A stretch of DNA of 64,000 nt from Lama glama. Taxonomy: Eukaryota. The stretch is from positions 60,574,001 to 60,638,000 of the forward strand of contig CM052828.1 of NCBI GenBank assembly GCA_028534125.1, in the 5' to 3' direction. Below, in pieces: positions 49,501 through 60,940 of the stretch (the first letter of the stretch is position 1; every line of letters begins with the position of its first letter). The notes beneath the pieces were generated by a model that saw only the letters and a program-made list of their open reading frames with translations, did not search any database and was not told where the DNA came from. The position numbers and the translations under genes are program-made.

Positions 49501-51562
49501 GAATGGAAGAGGGCCTCCTGCGTGCTGAGCAGAGACTCTGTCTGGAGGCACGAGGCTGAATTAAATGTGCACAGAGAGGAAAGTTTCGTGCACGTAATGG
49601 GTTCTTTGAATGAACGAATGACTGCAATTAAAAGCCGGTGCAGGTCACTCATCACCGCAAGCTGCCAGTGGCCGGTGGGTCTGTCAACGTTCCTCAGCTG
49701 GAGTTTGTCCCAGCCTGGAAGCCAGTCCTCGGCACCAGCCGTCAGTCTCTTTCTCAGCATGAGCTCACGTGGACCTGGCTCCAGGGGGACTGAAATGCTC
49801 TCATCCTGCTGCTTGAAAAGGGTGACATTTCCTACCAATAATCAGGCACCGTCCATCCCCAGGCGCCCCGTGGGAAGGCGTGAGTGATGTGTATAAATAG
49901 CGCTGATTAGAATATGATTGCAAACGAGTGATGTGATCGGTATTGCGCCCCCGGCCAGTCACTGCTCCTCTCCAGGTGGGGGCAGCGCCCCCCAGGATGC
50001 CGGCTCTCGTCCCCCCAGCCCTGCCCCACCTCACCGCCCGCCCCACCACCCACACCCGCCCAGCCCGCGGGGGCCGATCCCCCTGCAGCCTCCCCAGCAG
50101 GGCCACATGCAGGTCGTGGAGGGGACATTCCCTGGGGGACAAGGGGATGGTGGGGCTGATGCTCGGCCAGGCCCTCCACTCAGACCGTGGCGGGGGCGCA
50201 TCAATCTGTCCGCCTTGTTCAGCTGCTAGTCTCTGTATGCAGGGTGAGCCTGCTCGGGGAACTTTCACTCCAATAAAAAGACAGCACAGGACGCAGGAGA
50301 GGCTGAATTCCAGAGAAAGCCCCTCGGAGGGGGGCACATGGCTGGGCGGGGGGAAGCTGGGCGCCCACGGAAGCCTCGGGCCGGCACCCTGGCAGACCAG
50401 GACCCTGAGGCTGAGGAGAGATGGGTCCATGAGGAAGGCCCAGGACCCACCCAAGCAGCTCAAGTCCTGAGCGCCTCCCACTTGCCTCGAAGACCAGTCG
50501 CTGTGCCCGAGTCCCGGCCCTGCGCGGGCACCCCGTCCAACGTCCTGTTCCCGGTGGAGACGCGAGTGCCCGCAGTTTGATTTAGTTGCTTTGCTACTGA
50601 GTCGAGTCCAGAGGATACAGTGACGTTGACCCTCAGCCGAGATCTGTCCCCCTGCCCCCAGCGTCCTCAGGACGTCGCTGTCAAGAACTCGACTTCCTGA
50701 ATATTAATGGTTTTTAAATAACTGAAATGCGTCTATTCATCCGTCTGGCACGGCGCTGGCTGCAGACACCAGATCTTGGGTCTCCCCCGACGCTGTTTCT
50801 CTGGACCCAGGGAGGGGGAGGTTGGAAAGCGAGGCGTTCAGCTTGGTAACCCAGCATGGAAGTGGGGGGCGGACAGAAGGATGAGCCCCCCCCGCCCCAC
50901 CCCATTCTTCAGTCATCCAGCGTAAGAAAGGCAGCGTGTTAGTCACTGACACCGCCCTGGACGAGAGAACCCGAGGGCAAACTGGTGTTCGGGAATCCTC
51001 GGAGGATGGCTGCTGAGCACAAGGCAGCATTTTCATTTCTTTGGAAAATAAATGTCTCAGGAAATAACTAAGAGTAACTGCCATTTCCCCCGGCGCCGGC
51101 CGAGGTGCTCCTCGAGGGAAAGCTGACACGAGTCTCCGGCAGACCCTGGAGGGGTTCCTAATCGGGGCGTGTCATGTGTCTGTGTATCCGGGTCCCCAGC
51201 CACCTGAGAGAAACGGACAGACTGTTCCTGAAAAACAGTAACCACCACCGCAGCAGGCCGGCCCCGGCGCTGACCGCGGGGCTGTTTGTCACTGTCCTTA
51301 ACCCTGGGTTTCCGAGCCCCATCTGGTCGGGGGAGTGGGGATGGTCACACTGAGTCCCCACGCAGCTTACAGCCCTAGGACTGTCGCTCAGCTGACGGTG
51401 TCTCTGACCCAAACGAGGCTCCACATTTGCCCAAAACATAGTCCGGCTTCACAAAGCATGTGCAATCTGTTTCAGGGTGTGATGGTCATTTGAGGAATGA
51501 AAAACTGCCCACATCTGTAAAGCAGCATATAAAATGACATATTAAATTATAATTAAAACTTA

Positions 51563-51681
51563 GGGGGTAGAAATAGCTCTGCGGTAGAGTGCATGCTTAG
51601 CACGCACGACATCCTGGGTTCAAGCCCCAGTACCTCCTTTTAATAATAATAATAATAGTAATAATTTAATTAAAAAAAAAA
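51563..51681 (+). mobile_element. tRNA-Ala-derived SINE (camelid Vic-1-like)
   Basis: tagctctgcggtagagtgcatgcttagcacgcacgacatcctgggttcaagccccagtacctcc (AGC anticodon loop) plus (taa)n/A tail; flanks aaaacttag and aaaaccttag. Confidence 0.92.
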
Positions 51682-52659
51682 CCTTAGAACAATTCGTTAT
51701 CATTTTGTGAAACTCCAGCATCTCCACACACACAGGTCCAGCCGCCTGCCAGCTCCCGCGGCCCCACCCTCCCCGGGTCCTCCCTCTGCGTTTTCGAGGT
51801 ACGGAGCCCCCTGTAAATTGAGTTCATTGCCCAAGAAAAGCAAACGCCCGTTCTGGAGAAGATGCCTGAGGATGCTGGCATGGGTCCCGGCCCGTGAGCC
51901 TCCGGGCTGAGAAAGTCCTTGCCCGAAGGCACCAGCGGGGACACACCCTCCCCGAGGCTGGACCGCGCCCACAGTGAAGCCTGGAGCTGGAGGAAGGAGA
52001 TTTGCAGCGGGTCCCGCGCGACTTGAAGGAGACATTGTCATCCCAGCTGGAAAAGGAAAATTAAAAAGAAGGAATAAGGATGAAAGAAAAAAAAAGCCAA
52101 GGGCGTCCGCCGACCGCCTCCTGCGAGCCCTCCCAGGAGGGGTCCGGCAGGACCCGCGGGCGGGCGGCTCGTCCCGTCTCCGAGCACCTCCGGAACAGCA
52201 GGACCTCCGCACCCGAGCGGTTGCTCAGACCGCAGCCGAGGTCGGCTCCTGTCAGTGGGCCTCACACACAGGTGGGCCGGAGCCGGCTCCCAGCGTGGCT
52301 GTGCTGAGGGCAGTCCCAGGGCAGCAGGGGTGCTTGAGTGCGCCTCTCAGCAGGGAGAGAAGAGAGCCTCGCTCAGAAACGCGCCTCTCCCACCTCCTCT
52401 CCTTTCCTCAGGTAATAGTCTTGCTGAAAACCACAAGAACCCCATTGCCTCTGGGCGCCCCTTCCCACGTCAATCCGTGGCGGAGCGCCCCGTGACTTGG
52501 ACGTCCCGGCGACAGGAGGCACAGACGGTCTTAGAGCATCTTTCCTTGATGAATGGCTTTCCGTTTTGGTTACAGCCAATGACGGTTGCATTTCCCCCAA
52601 GTCTGAAGAGGATTTACAGCTGGGGAACGTGGAGCCGTCAGCCCCCTCTGTATTAGGGT

Positions 52660-53540
52660 CCCTAATTGTCACCAGCAATTGATACACCAGTTTTCTAATT
52701 CCCGCTTCCAGCCACAGAATCGGGGAAGGTGCCATGACTTTGACTCCGTGGTGGAGGGTTTTTATTGAACAGCACTGCCCGACCATGAGCAGAAATAAAA
52801 AAACAGCGAATGCTGAATATAGATTTAAATGCAGACAAAAATCCCATGACAAAGTAGTTATTTCCCAGCTCGAATCAAAATTTTGAACAGTTTACTTCTT
52901 TCATGTCTTCCCAAGAGTTTCATGTAACAAACTTCCAGTGTCATGACTAATAGCGGGCCTTGCCAAGGCCTGCTCTCTTAAACCTGCCCTGCAGGCTCCG
53001 TGATGCGCGGGGCACGCCTTATTACAGGATGCATTATGCAGGCGCTCCTGGCGGCGGCGGGGCGCAGCCACCCCGCTGTGCGCACGCCCGTCAGAGCTTC
53101 TCTTAAGGCCCTTTCTCCATTGTCAGTGAAGTATTTTTTAAGGTTAAAAGGTGTAAAATTATTCTGAAATGCTTTTCTGACCTGTCGCCGATCACTGCAA
53201 AGAGCTATCTTTCATTTTTTTCCCCTAAAATTGTATTTTTTGAAATGCAGTAATATTACAAGAATAAGCTGTACATGAGGAAAATAGCCCCCTGAAATGT
53301 TCAGGGTTTTGTTTTTTTTTTTTTTTTTTTGCATGCCTTCTGCGCCGATGACTGCAATATTAATCACTGTTTCAGGCTTAGAATTTTATTTCCCAGGCAA
53401 TTTTTCTTATCTCAAGCCTCCGCTGCTGGGGAGAAATTAATATAAATGACCGTTATTTTTGCATCTGCTTCTCTCCTCTCTGTTTCCTTCCCCCTGTTTT
53501 TGTTACAGTGGTTGCTTTGTATTCTGTCAATGCCAAGTCA
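52660..53540. promoter_or_regulatory. Candidate conserved non-coding element / enhancer
   Basis: About 0.9 kb repeat-free block, AT-rich with a CpG core at 52995-53095 and several palindromic motifs; conservation untested. Confidence 0.4.
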
Positions 53541-54699
53541 GAGTCACCGCTGGCATGAGGTCCAGCCTGGTGACGTGGAGGTGAGGGCCCGGGGCTTGGC
53601 GCTCCCGGCAATGCACCTGCGATGGAGACAACCCTGGAGCTGGGGGAAGCCAGCAGAAGGTGTGGGGCCTCTGGAGAAGGCCCGGGCTTGGCGGATCATT
53701 CCAGGTCAACACCCTGTCATTTCACATGCCTGGCCTGGGAATCCCCTCCTTTCTACAGTGTGGAACCCCTGGCGTCACTGACCAATTATGTGCCACTAAA
53801 ATGATTGGTAGGTATTGAAATCTAGATTCTGCCAAGCCCTGGGCAGCTTCCCACGTACGGGGAAGTCACTGGAGACTCTCAGCCCATGAGGACAGCAGGC
53901 CCAGCCTACCCACCGTGGGACAAAGAGCACAGCCCAGGGGCAGGACCGCGTGCGCTGAGCCCAGCAGAGCGCACGACTTGGGGCCTGCTGGTGGCACCCT
54001 CAGCAAACCATCTGTGTCCCAGTGATGCCTCCTCTCCTTGCTGTTTGATTGTGTGGCCCCTGCAAAGCCAGTCCTGGTTCCTGGCTTGATCTTCAGGGAA
54101 CCGTGGAATCAGTCCTGGCATTTGTGAAGGACGCTCTCCGTAAAGAACTTCCCTATCGCTGAGCTATGTCCATACTCGCTGGTCAACCACCATGTCCTCC
54201 TTGTGGCGCTGAGGTACATGTCTGGGTCAGCCAGGCCCTGGGAGTTGAGGGGGGCCCAGGGGGCCACTCAGGTGTGGGGCTGGGACTGGAGGATCTCAGA
54301 GCAGCTCCCGTCCACACTGGGCTCACAGTGTCTTCTGTGTTTGCACAACTTGCAGAAGGAAGGTGCACTGATCCATCAGATTCTGTCTCCTCTCACCACC
54401 GCCCATGTCCCCTCCCTGTGCCCAGTGCTGGGACCGAGTGGCGGCCGGCATCTCTGGGACCCGGCTAAGGCATCAGGGACCTGCCACCTGGACTAGTCGC
54501 ATTTCCGTGTGGTCTGCTCAGGCTCCTGCACGCGAGGGGACAGTGATCACAGACTGGGGGTGGGGTGGTGTCCACAACTCAAGGAATCGTTTTCACAGGC
54601 CAAGAAAACCTAAACTTACTTGAAATGTTACAGCTCCTACAGGAAGGAAACTTGATAGGTTTTCCCCAAATTTGCCAACAACGTTAAAAAAATTTAAGT

Positions 54700-55040
54700 G
54701 GTGTCTGTTATCACTTACAGTGTGAAATCTAAAACATAAAACCAGTGAGTGAATATAAGGAAACAGAAGCTGATGCACAGATACCGAGAACAAACTGGTG
54801 GTTACCCGTGGGGAGGGGAGGGGGAGGGGCGAGGCAGGGGTGGGGGCTGCAGAGGGACAAACCGCTACGTATGAAATAAATTGCGAGGATGTTCTGTCCA
54901 TCTGTCCAGGGAATTTGGCCAATATTTTATAATAACTTTAAATGGAGTATAATCTATAAAAATACTGAATCACCATGTTGTACACCTGAAACCAATATAA
55001 TATTGTAAATCAACTCGCTTCAATAAAAAATAAAAATTAA
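54700..55040 (+). mobile_element. 5'-truncated L1 3' UTR (older, L1MA9/artiodactyl-like)
   Basis: tatcacttac...gaaatctaaaa...gagaacaaactggtggttacc, G-rich tract 54810-54846, gaatcaccatgttgtacacctgaaaccaatataatattgtaaatcaact...caataaaaaa. Confidence 0.92.
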
Positions 55041-55133
55041 TATACATACAGTGAAAACATAATTTTAGGTAGCACGTTAAAAGCTGGTTGTAAAACATTT
55101 TTTAAATGATCAATAATGGAAAACAAATTCGAA

Positions 55134-55390
55134 GAGGGGTGTGGAAGGATAAACTGGGAGTTTGGGATTTGCAGATATAAGCTACTAAATATAAAGTAGA
55201 TAAACATTAGGGCCTCCTGTGCAGCACAGGGAACTGTACTCAATATCCTGTGATAATCTGTAATGAAAAAGAATATGAAACGGAATATATACGCATAACT
55301 GAATCACTGTGCTGTACTCCGGAAACTATCACAACACTATAAACAGACTGTACTTCCATTTTGAAATAAATCAATTAAAATAAAATAAAG
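55134..55390 (+). mobile_element. 5'-truncated L1 3' UTR with 11-bp TSD
   Basis: ggataaactgggagtttgggatttgcagata...gcagcacagggaact...taactgaatcactgtgctgtac; TSD acaaattcgaa at 55123-55133 and 55391-55401. Confidence 0.93.
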
Positions 55391-56039
55391 ACAAATTCGA
55401 ACTGGCCTGAAAGGGTAAAGCCTGGATTATATTTCTCTTCTCTGCGGGACGCGCCAGGACAGGCAGCCAAACCCCGGGGGGAAAGTTGCCGTGGAGGGGT
55501 CCAGGCGGTTAATGCTCTTCCCCCGGACCGTGCGACGTCTGGGAGCTGAGGTGCGCCTCGCCGTTGGTGCTATGTCGTGATTTCTTTGGTCGCTTGAAGC
55601 AAATGTGCACGTTGGTCCCTAACTCTGCATCTGACTTTGCGTCTCCTTGCTACAGAAGGTGGGAACCTCAGCTCCGCATCCTGGATCTTCCCTCCACCCC
55701 AGCGCACATTGGTTTTACACCCAAGACGACACTTTAAACGTGACTCAAAGGTGACTTGCCACGTGACCTGGAGTGACCCCCTTCCCTCCAGACTCCTCCG
55801 TCCGGCAGGGGACAGACAGAGCTGCCTACCTCCCGGGATGCTTTCTCGTCACTGGTAAGTGAGAGAATAGGCTCGCCCGCTCTGTGGAAGGCTCCCTGCT
55901 GCACAGTTGTGATCGTCTTGTTGGCACTGAGTTTTGAGATCCTGAACATCTGTACATTTCATGTTTGGATAAATATGATTGAAGACTGAGGGGATTAAAC
56001 ATGACCCTTCAGACTAGATCTAAATATTTCTGGGCACCG

Positions 56040-56160
56040 CGTGACACGGAAGCGCTACTTAAGGCCTCAGTCTCCTCCTCTGTGAAGGGGGCTGATGAGA
56101 GGATTAACAGCTACTGGATGCGAAGTGCCCACCGCGCTGGCTCAAAGGTATCAGCGACTG
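56040..56160 (+). mobile_element. MIR fragment
   Basis: tacttaaggcctcagtctcctcctctgtgaagggg...gaggattaa. Confidence 0.65.
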
Positions 56161-59089
56161 TGCTTCTCAGAGTTTATCACCTGAGCATTTGGAAACAGGG
56201 CTCCCTAAGTGATCTCCCGCTTGGAAAAAATTTTTTTAAATAAGGAGTTGGCCAGCACGTGTTTGCTGAGAACTTATTCTGTGGCCCTGGGCTGGGTGCT
56301 GATGGGCTGAATAAAATCAGGTCCCTGAGAAAGAGTTTGGACGGCCCGCAGCCAGGTGCTGACCATGGTCTTGGGGAGCAGTGAGCTCAGATTTCCAACA
56401 GGAAGCCCAGACCGTTCTGTACATTTTTGCAGGAAACTTCTCTCCCTGAGACAATCCTCTAAAACAGAGCACCCTGAGCAGCCCTGCCCAGACGCCTCCC
56501 TGGAGGATCAGCCCTGCGTGCTCCTTGGAAGCCGAGGCCCTTCGTCGGCTGCCCCAGACTCTTCACCTGGTCTCACCCAGTCCTTGTTGACTGGGCAGGA
56601 AGCACCCCTAGAGGGGCTAGTGCAGCCACGCCCAGGTGACACGTGGCCAGCTCTGTGTCGTGACAGGGTGACCGGATAGCTCGGGGGAAATGGTGGACTG
56701 AACGACAGCCGTTTCATCAGGGTGGCAGTGGGACGTCCCCACCACTGTCAACGTGGCCGCATGGCCGGCGGCTCCAGGAGCAAGAGCGTGGACTGTTGCT
56801 GAGGGTTACGTGCATGCCCCTCCCACGGACCCCAACAGGAGCCACATTCTCTCTGCCAGGCTGGCACGTGGATATGCCCCCACCGAAAAAAGTAATGTCA
56901 CGAGAAGAGGTTGGGATGGGCTCCTGGGCCAGTGGGGGGCTGTCCTGCAAAGCCCTCCCTGCATGGCGGCCGGTCTCTTGCATCTGTAAGTCATAGGTCA
57001 GCAGGTGCCCGCGTGTGACCCTCGCAGGACCGCCTCCCCGCACACACGGGCGGCACAGCCCTCCGTGAAGCAGTGACTGTCCTGAGTGGGAAGTGGTATT
57101 GGGCGGAGACCTGAAATATGATTTGGGAAGGTGACTGGGTTAGGCTTTTCCTGGGGGGAACGAAGTCAAACTGGGTTTAGTAACTTCAGAGTTTTTGTCA
57201 CGGCGCCATCCTTCTCCAGACACGCCCAAATCGCCTGCGGGGAAGGACGCCCAGGCCTTGGGTCCTCTTGGCTCCTTCCCTGCCGCCGCCCCTGGTCTGG
57301 CCCACGCGCCCAGGACGCACGGCCCCCGCCCGTTCACCTGGCTCCTGGCGGCGCACGCCCAGAAAGACCAACAGCGTCTGAAAGTGTTTGACCGGCCGGG
57401 CACCCAAAGGCCGACCCCGGACTGTCCTCCCTCTGTGCACGCTCTGCGGTCACACGGGGCCCTCAAGATAAGAATACGACCCACAGTCTCACTGCCCGCA
57501 CCGGAAGGCAGGACGGAGGGTGGAGCCGGACACCGAGCTGCTGGGGTGGGGCTCAGTGGAGCCTCCCAGGTAGGGCGTCTGCCCAGCCCCCCCACGGAGG
57601 ACATCAGCCCCCACTCCAAGCAGAAGTGACTCCCCCTACAAAGCAGGTTGGAGACCTGCTCTCCACTGACACAGACCTCAGCAGAAGGCAGCCCATGTGC
57701 TAAGGCCGTCCCGGGACCCTGCACACTTGGCTCAGGGGCCAGAGGCAAAGAGGATCCTGCAGCCACGGCAGAGCCAAGGGCCAGTGAGCCCTCAGTGAGG
57801 GCCCCAGACCCCAGCGTCAGCCCGTCCACACCGCCCCAGCCCCGAGAGATGGGAGACTGGGGCAGCGCCTCCAGACACACAGGTCGAGGGGATCCGGGTT
57901 TTTGTGAAGAGAACTTGGCTGCTGCAGTCCGACCGCCAGCCCCACGTTGCCTTGTGACCCTGCTCGCGTGCAGGGCGCGTGGCGCCCCCGGGCGGCTCAG
58001 TCCCCGAGGAGAAGCGCGTTGCGGCCCCCTAGCCCCGAGGGGAGTCGGGGCCGAGCATCCGTTCAGGTGGAGGCCAAGACTTCACAGCACCCTCGCAGAT
58101 CACCTCCTCTGAGATTTTTCACTTGATAAGAGGGACAGTAACTGCATTTGAAAGGCTTACTTTACTGCGCTTTAACAGAGCGAGCGCTGCAGCGGCAGCT
58201 TGGGGCTGCTTAGGCTGAACGAATCGTGTTTCTCTGGTGAAACTGTAGAGCAGCCACATGGCACTCCCTTCACGTCTGATTCTTGCCTCACGGAGGAAAA
58301 GGCTGACTTTGCAGACATGCTGAAGGGCCGCGCCGGTTTTCCCGGGGCGCCCCTCACCCTGCATTCACGTCACCCCCTCTGGGAGGCCCGTCAGGACACC
58401 CTGAGCGCCCGTGTTCTTCTGGTCAGTTCCCCTCTGCCCAGATCCTCATGGGCTCAAAACTCTGAGCCTCGTTCACCTCAGAGAAATCGTCCCTCTTTCT
58501 TGTAGCCAAGGTTTCCCGTTTTCCCTCCTGAGTCTGCTGTGTGTTTGCACCGTGTCTGGTGACCAGCAGGAGACCCAAACGTGCATTGCTGTGCCGACGG
58601 GTCGAGTCCTGTCCTCGGGGGGGGAAGCTGCTGAGTGGACGGCACTGCCAGCAGGGCCGGCCCGTTAGTAACCATTCTCCTGCGTGGCCTTCCACGCACA
58701 GCCTGGTGGCTCCAAGGCCTGGGATCACTGATGCTCAGACAGCGAGAAAGGAACACAGTGTAGGCTGGAGGGTCCACTCCCTTAGAATCGAGATTTGGCT
58801 GCTAGAGAGGGAAAGTCAGGTCAGGGCCCCCTCCTCACAGAGTCACCGGGTGGGGAGGCAGGCGCACGGGTGGAAGAACGCTGCCCAAAGGCCAGGGGTG
58901 TGCCCCTGTCTTCCACATGAATCGCACTCGACTGGCAACGGGGGTCCCACACAGCACGGAGGGCAGTTCTCTTCGTCTGCACAGGGTGTTCCGCTGCCTA
59001 ACTGCACAGCTTCTTAGAGCCCTTTTACATGTCAACATGCAGGGTGGTAAGGAGAGACATAGAATGAGTAATCCTCCAAAATGTGACGG

Positions 59090-59650
59090 CAAAATCTTCC
59101 GTGGACGAGCATCTGCGGGCACGACGGCTCCTCAGGTGCCGCTTTGGACGTGACACGGCAGCACAAGCCGTTCCGCCAGCAGGCGGACGTTCCATTGTGG
59201 TGGGTGTGGAAGACAAAGAACGGATTAAGGCAGTCAGCGGTGAGCACTTCAAGGTGTTTGCACCAGTTCACACCCCCAGCAGCAGGTGTGAGCTGCCCCA
59301 CCACCCACATCCTCACCCACACTGGGTACTCGCAGATCCCACCACTCTGCTGTGAGGCGAAGCACGTCTCCCTGCTGCCTTAACACGCTTCCCACTGACC
59401 TCAGTGAAATGAAGTGTCTTCTTGTATTTGTGTGCCATTTAGATTTGCCTGTTTGTGACGTGACCACCTCTATTTTTTGCTCACTTTGTTGCCTTTGACC
59501 TCTTTCTTACTGATTTGTAAGGCTTCACTGTAGGTTAGACGGTTAGTCCTTCGAGGTTTGTTGATGTGGCAGATACCTTCCCCAATTTCTGGCTTGTGGC
59601 TTTGCCCTCTTTGGTGACTTTTGACTAAAAAGAACTTCTTAAATTAAGTG
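59090..59650 (-). mobile_element. Ancient L1ME-like 3'/ORF2-end fragment
   Basis: tgcaccagttcacacccccagcagcaggtgtga...ccacatcctcacccacactgggta...tttcttactgatttgtaagg...tgtggcagataccttcccc. Confidence 0.75.
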
Positions 59651-60839
59651 GAGACATTTCTGGAACAGTGCTGAGCAGGCGTGGGGACCCCCTGCTGCCC
59701 AGGTGGGCCCTGATTCTGCTCCCAGCTGTGGCTTCTGGGTCAGTGCTCTCCATGGCATTGGCCCCTCCTTCCAGAAGTTTCCTTCTTTCCCCCTTTGGCT
59801 CTATTCAATGTGAGCATCAGAAATACCCACCCCTCCCCAAGCTCCTTCTTGTTTGCGGGTGGTGGGGCCCACAGGTCCTTTAAGTCCCTAAAATCGGGGC
59901 CTCTTTTAGCCCCGGCTGGCCCCTCTTTTGGCAGCAAAACATGAGAAGCTTAGTGAGCCTCTGCCCATTTGCTCGCACTGAGCAGCAGGTGGCAGGAGCT
60001 GCACCCTCAGGTCTCATCCAGACCCGCCTTCTAGATTTGCTCTGTTTCTGTGCTTTCTTGCCCCAGTGTCTTTCTCTTTTTTAAAATGCTCATCCTATTT
60101 ACCTTCTCCCCGAGATGTTCCTACAAGGAGAACAGCTGCCCCATCGCCTTCCAGGACCACACCTGGGGCTGTCCAGCCTGAAACACAGTGAGCAGGTTCT
60201 CTGACAAAAGTTAACAGAGAAGCTATTCAGGAGCCGCTGAGACTGGGTTCCAAGCCCTCCAGGCAAACAGCCCCTAACGAACGTGGCCTGCGGGGCCTAG
60301 ACCCTCAGCCCCAGCAGCGGGCAGGGGCAGCGGAGACAGTCCCGGGACCCGGCACAGGGGAGGCACGCGGCGAGGCTTTCGGAAGGAAGGACACACCCAG
60401 ACTCCGGGCCACGCAGAGACCAGAAGGCCAGTAAGCCGTGTATTTTTTCTGCTTTCCGAGACTATTTAAATGGTCAGGTTACTCCTTGGTTGTTAACAAT
60501 GTCTTTTATTGACAGTAATTCCATTTTGGACTAGTGTTTAACATGTGAAAAATTGTGTCCCATAGCTCCATGTAATCACCTTCTGACCTAAAAAATGTAT
60601 TTACTTTAGGATTGAAATGTGGACACTAACTTGAATCCTCCGTGTGAAGAATTCTAAAAGCAAGGGGCTGTAACACAATTTTTTTTTCATTTTAAATATA
60701 TACAACAACAGGATTGCCAGTGTAAAAAGAGAGAAGGGTGCAAAAATTTTTTGCACGGGGTGCAAAAAATTCACTGTGCCAACTTCAGAATCTGTTTTAA
60801 AATGAACTTGGCCTTTGACACTTAATTCCTTCCACTGGG

Positions 60840-60940
60840 TTTATTGTTTATTCTTTTTTTTTTAATGGAGGTACTGGGGATTGAACCCAGGACATCGCGC
60901 ATGCTAAGCATACAGCCTCCCACTGAGCTGTACCCTCCAC
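60840..60940 (-). mobile_element. tRNA-Ala-derived SINE (camelid Vic-1-like)
   Basis: T-rich tail then ggaggtactggggattgaacccaggacatcgcgcatgctaagca...ccactgagctgtaccctcc; possible decayed TSD aattccttc at 60824-60832 and 60943-60951. Confidence 0.92.

Noticed and set aside
51563-51637. Possible tRNA-Ala(AGC) gene (also 60867-60940)
   Set aside because: Mismatched acceptor and anticodon stems, A-rich tails and flanking duplications indicate SINE copies
59982-59995. CTCF-like GCAGCAGGTGGCAG
   Set aside because: Single hit with a core mismatch in GC-rich DNA; unsupported without ChIP or conservation data
60184-60212. RSS-like CACAGTG-13-ACAAAAGTT
   Set aside because: Spacer is 13, nonamer matches 6/9, and there is no V/D/J segment nearby; cryptic RSSs are common
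60170-60460. Possible ERVL-type LTR fragment
   Set aside because: Resemblance too weak to assign by eye
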